Shown here in pieces: positions 62,469 to 64,000 of a stretch of DNA of 64,000 nt; within the stretch, counting starts at the first letter, position 1, and the number at the start of each line of letters is the position of its first letter. The notes under the pieces are model-generated. The model saw nothing but the letters and a program-made list of their open reading frames with translations, ran no database searches and was not told where the DNA came from. The translations under genes were made by a program, and so were the position numbers. This DNA comes from the human T2T-CHM13v2.0 reference genome, Homo sapiens: the NCBI RefSeq assembly GCF_009914755.1, contig NC_060934.1. One strand, written 5' to 3'.

Positions 62469-63316
62469 GTAAGTTGTCAAACTGGGTTGATAACCCGGGC
62501 CTTTTGTCTCCTCTAGTGCTCTTTCTAGTATGTTATGCCACCTCGGAACCTCTAAATTTTAATATTCCAAAATGCAAGTTTTTCTTAATTGAACAGATAC
62601 TTTTCTCCTGCAAAGATAATGTACTGCTTTGTCTTGTTATAGATCCATATTACAGTCAAGTTGTGTACAAATTTTAATTATTGTTGGTCTTTTAATATGG
62701 TGCTTTTGTTGCAGAATTGTGACTTCACCTCCTTCTTGAAATAATGTGTTTATTTTTTTAACATTTTGTTTTCTATTCTTAATATAATTTTTCAATATTT
62801 GTATATTTGCACTAGGTGGTTTTTTTCATTAAGTCTTCTACATGTGTTGAGGCTTTCTTATACTGAAGTCTAGGAAATGAGAATATTTGATAGGGTTAGA
62901 TGATATAATGAGGTTTTTCTTTATAATAAATATTGTTAAGTGTGCCCTAAGGCAGATTTACCTATATAGATTTGCATCCTACAGTGACTCACTTTTAGCA
63001 AGACATTACGTTGACATAAATGTCTTTTAAAAAGTGATTTGAAATACATATTTATTACTAAGGAAATTATTGTCGTTATGACAATATACCTTAACATATC
63101 TCAATTTAGTTGGTAATATGTTGGCAAGTGGAATACAATATTTAAAAATTTATACCATGTAAAAATGGAGCCAAGCTTGCAGTTTTAATGATTCAAACAA
63201 TGATATATGATAGACTTACTGAAATTTTATTATACTAATTCAGTGTATGGCTATGTATTTCTTTTGTGTGTTTGAGAATGATCTTAACCTGAAGTCCTTT
63301 TTTCCTTACTTAAAAG

Positions 63317-63349
63317 CGTTCTCAGAGTTGCTGAATGCAATACACAACG
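63317..63349 (+). CDS. MLLT10: MLLT10 microexon (about exon 13), 33 nt, phase 1-1, (T)FSELLNAIHN
   Basis: tttttccttacttaaaag|CGTTC acceptor and AACG|gtaagt donor; peptide matches recalled AF10. Confidence 0.88.
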
Positions 63350-64000
63350 GTAAGTTTTATTAGAATCTTCTCTAGTGGTTCGTTTATCACAAAGGTTGCC
63401 TTTTGTAGAGAATCTCGATTGAAAGCTAGCATGTTCTATTGATTAGATGAAATCCAGTGCTGCAGTGAGTCAATTGTTCAGCACCTTAGTGAAAAATTTT
63501 TGTAGATTGCCAATAAGAGGCTGATAGGTCAATATGGTTCATCAGTTTGGCTTTTATTGTTTCTTTTTAAGGCAAAATGATAATAGTGTTTTAAGTTTCT
63601 GAAAGTCTTTTTATTTTTACAAATGGTTTTTCTAGTTCTTTTGAGATCTCTCTTGCCAGTGCAGGTAATTATTGGTACCTAGGGGAAGAATTTGCTTGGA
63701 ATGTGAATTTTATTTTTTAGGGTTTGGGTTTATTAATATATAGAATACTTTAATTATTTTACCCCTGTATTCCACATAGTGAATAAATGGAAGATAGTCT
63801 TTTAAATTACATCTGGTTTGGGACCAGGTTTTTTACAGTGGAGTTGTATCTTTTGCTGCATTGGGTTCTGAAATCAGCATATCAGGCAAATACTATCTTT
63901 GTAATGTAATTATAGTGAAGATTATTCTTGCAAAAAATGTTTGAAGGTTTCTTCAGTTTCCCCAAAGAACATTCCTTAATCCTTTGATGTTCAAAAATTC

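Overview
Human or great-ape intronic DNA from the middle of MLLT10 (AF10), transcribed on the + strand. Five internal coding exons can be read with canonical AG/GT sites and consistent phases (32791-32886, 51552-51807, 54456-55025, 62424-62468, 63317-63349); by recall these are approximately exons 9-13, and neither gene end is in the window. The rest is repeat-rich intron: about 55-60 Alu/FLAM elements, old L1/L2/MIR, MaLR and MER21 LTRs, a degraded ERVL-type provirus and several DNA-transposon MITEs. Three antisense retrocopies are present: an HNRNPR processed pseudogene, a U6 pseudogene and an Alu-interrupted SRP14 processed pseudogene. The most notable observations are: (1) the SRP14 retrocopy preserves a C-terminus without the human poly-Ala tail; (2) the HNRNPR retrocopy records an isoform lacking the start-codon exon; (3) a ~180-bp palindromic AT-rich hairpin lies in a leukaemia-translocation gene; (4) a candidate cryptic exon has a strong-Kozak ATG in frame with downstream MLLT10; (5) a piggyBac MER85 element retains its internal palindrome; (6) an unexplained GC-rich 280-bp island. 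All gene and repeat-family assignments come from recalled sequences, not database searches, so subfamily names and many repeat boundaries are approximate.
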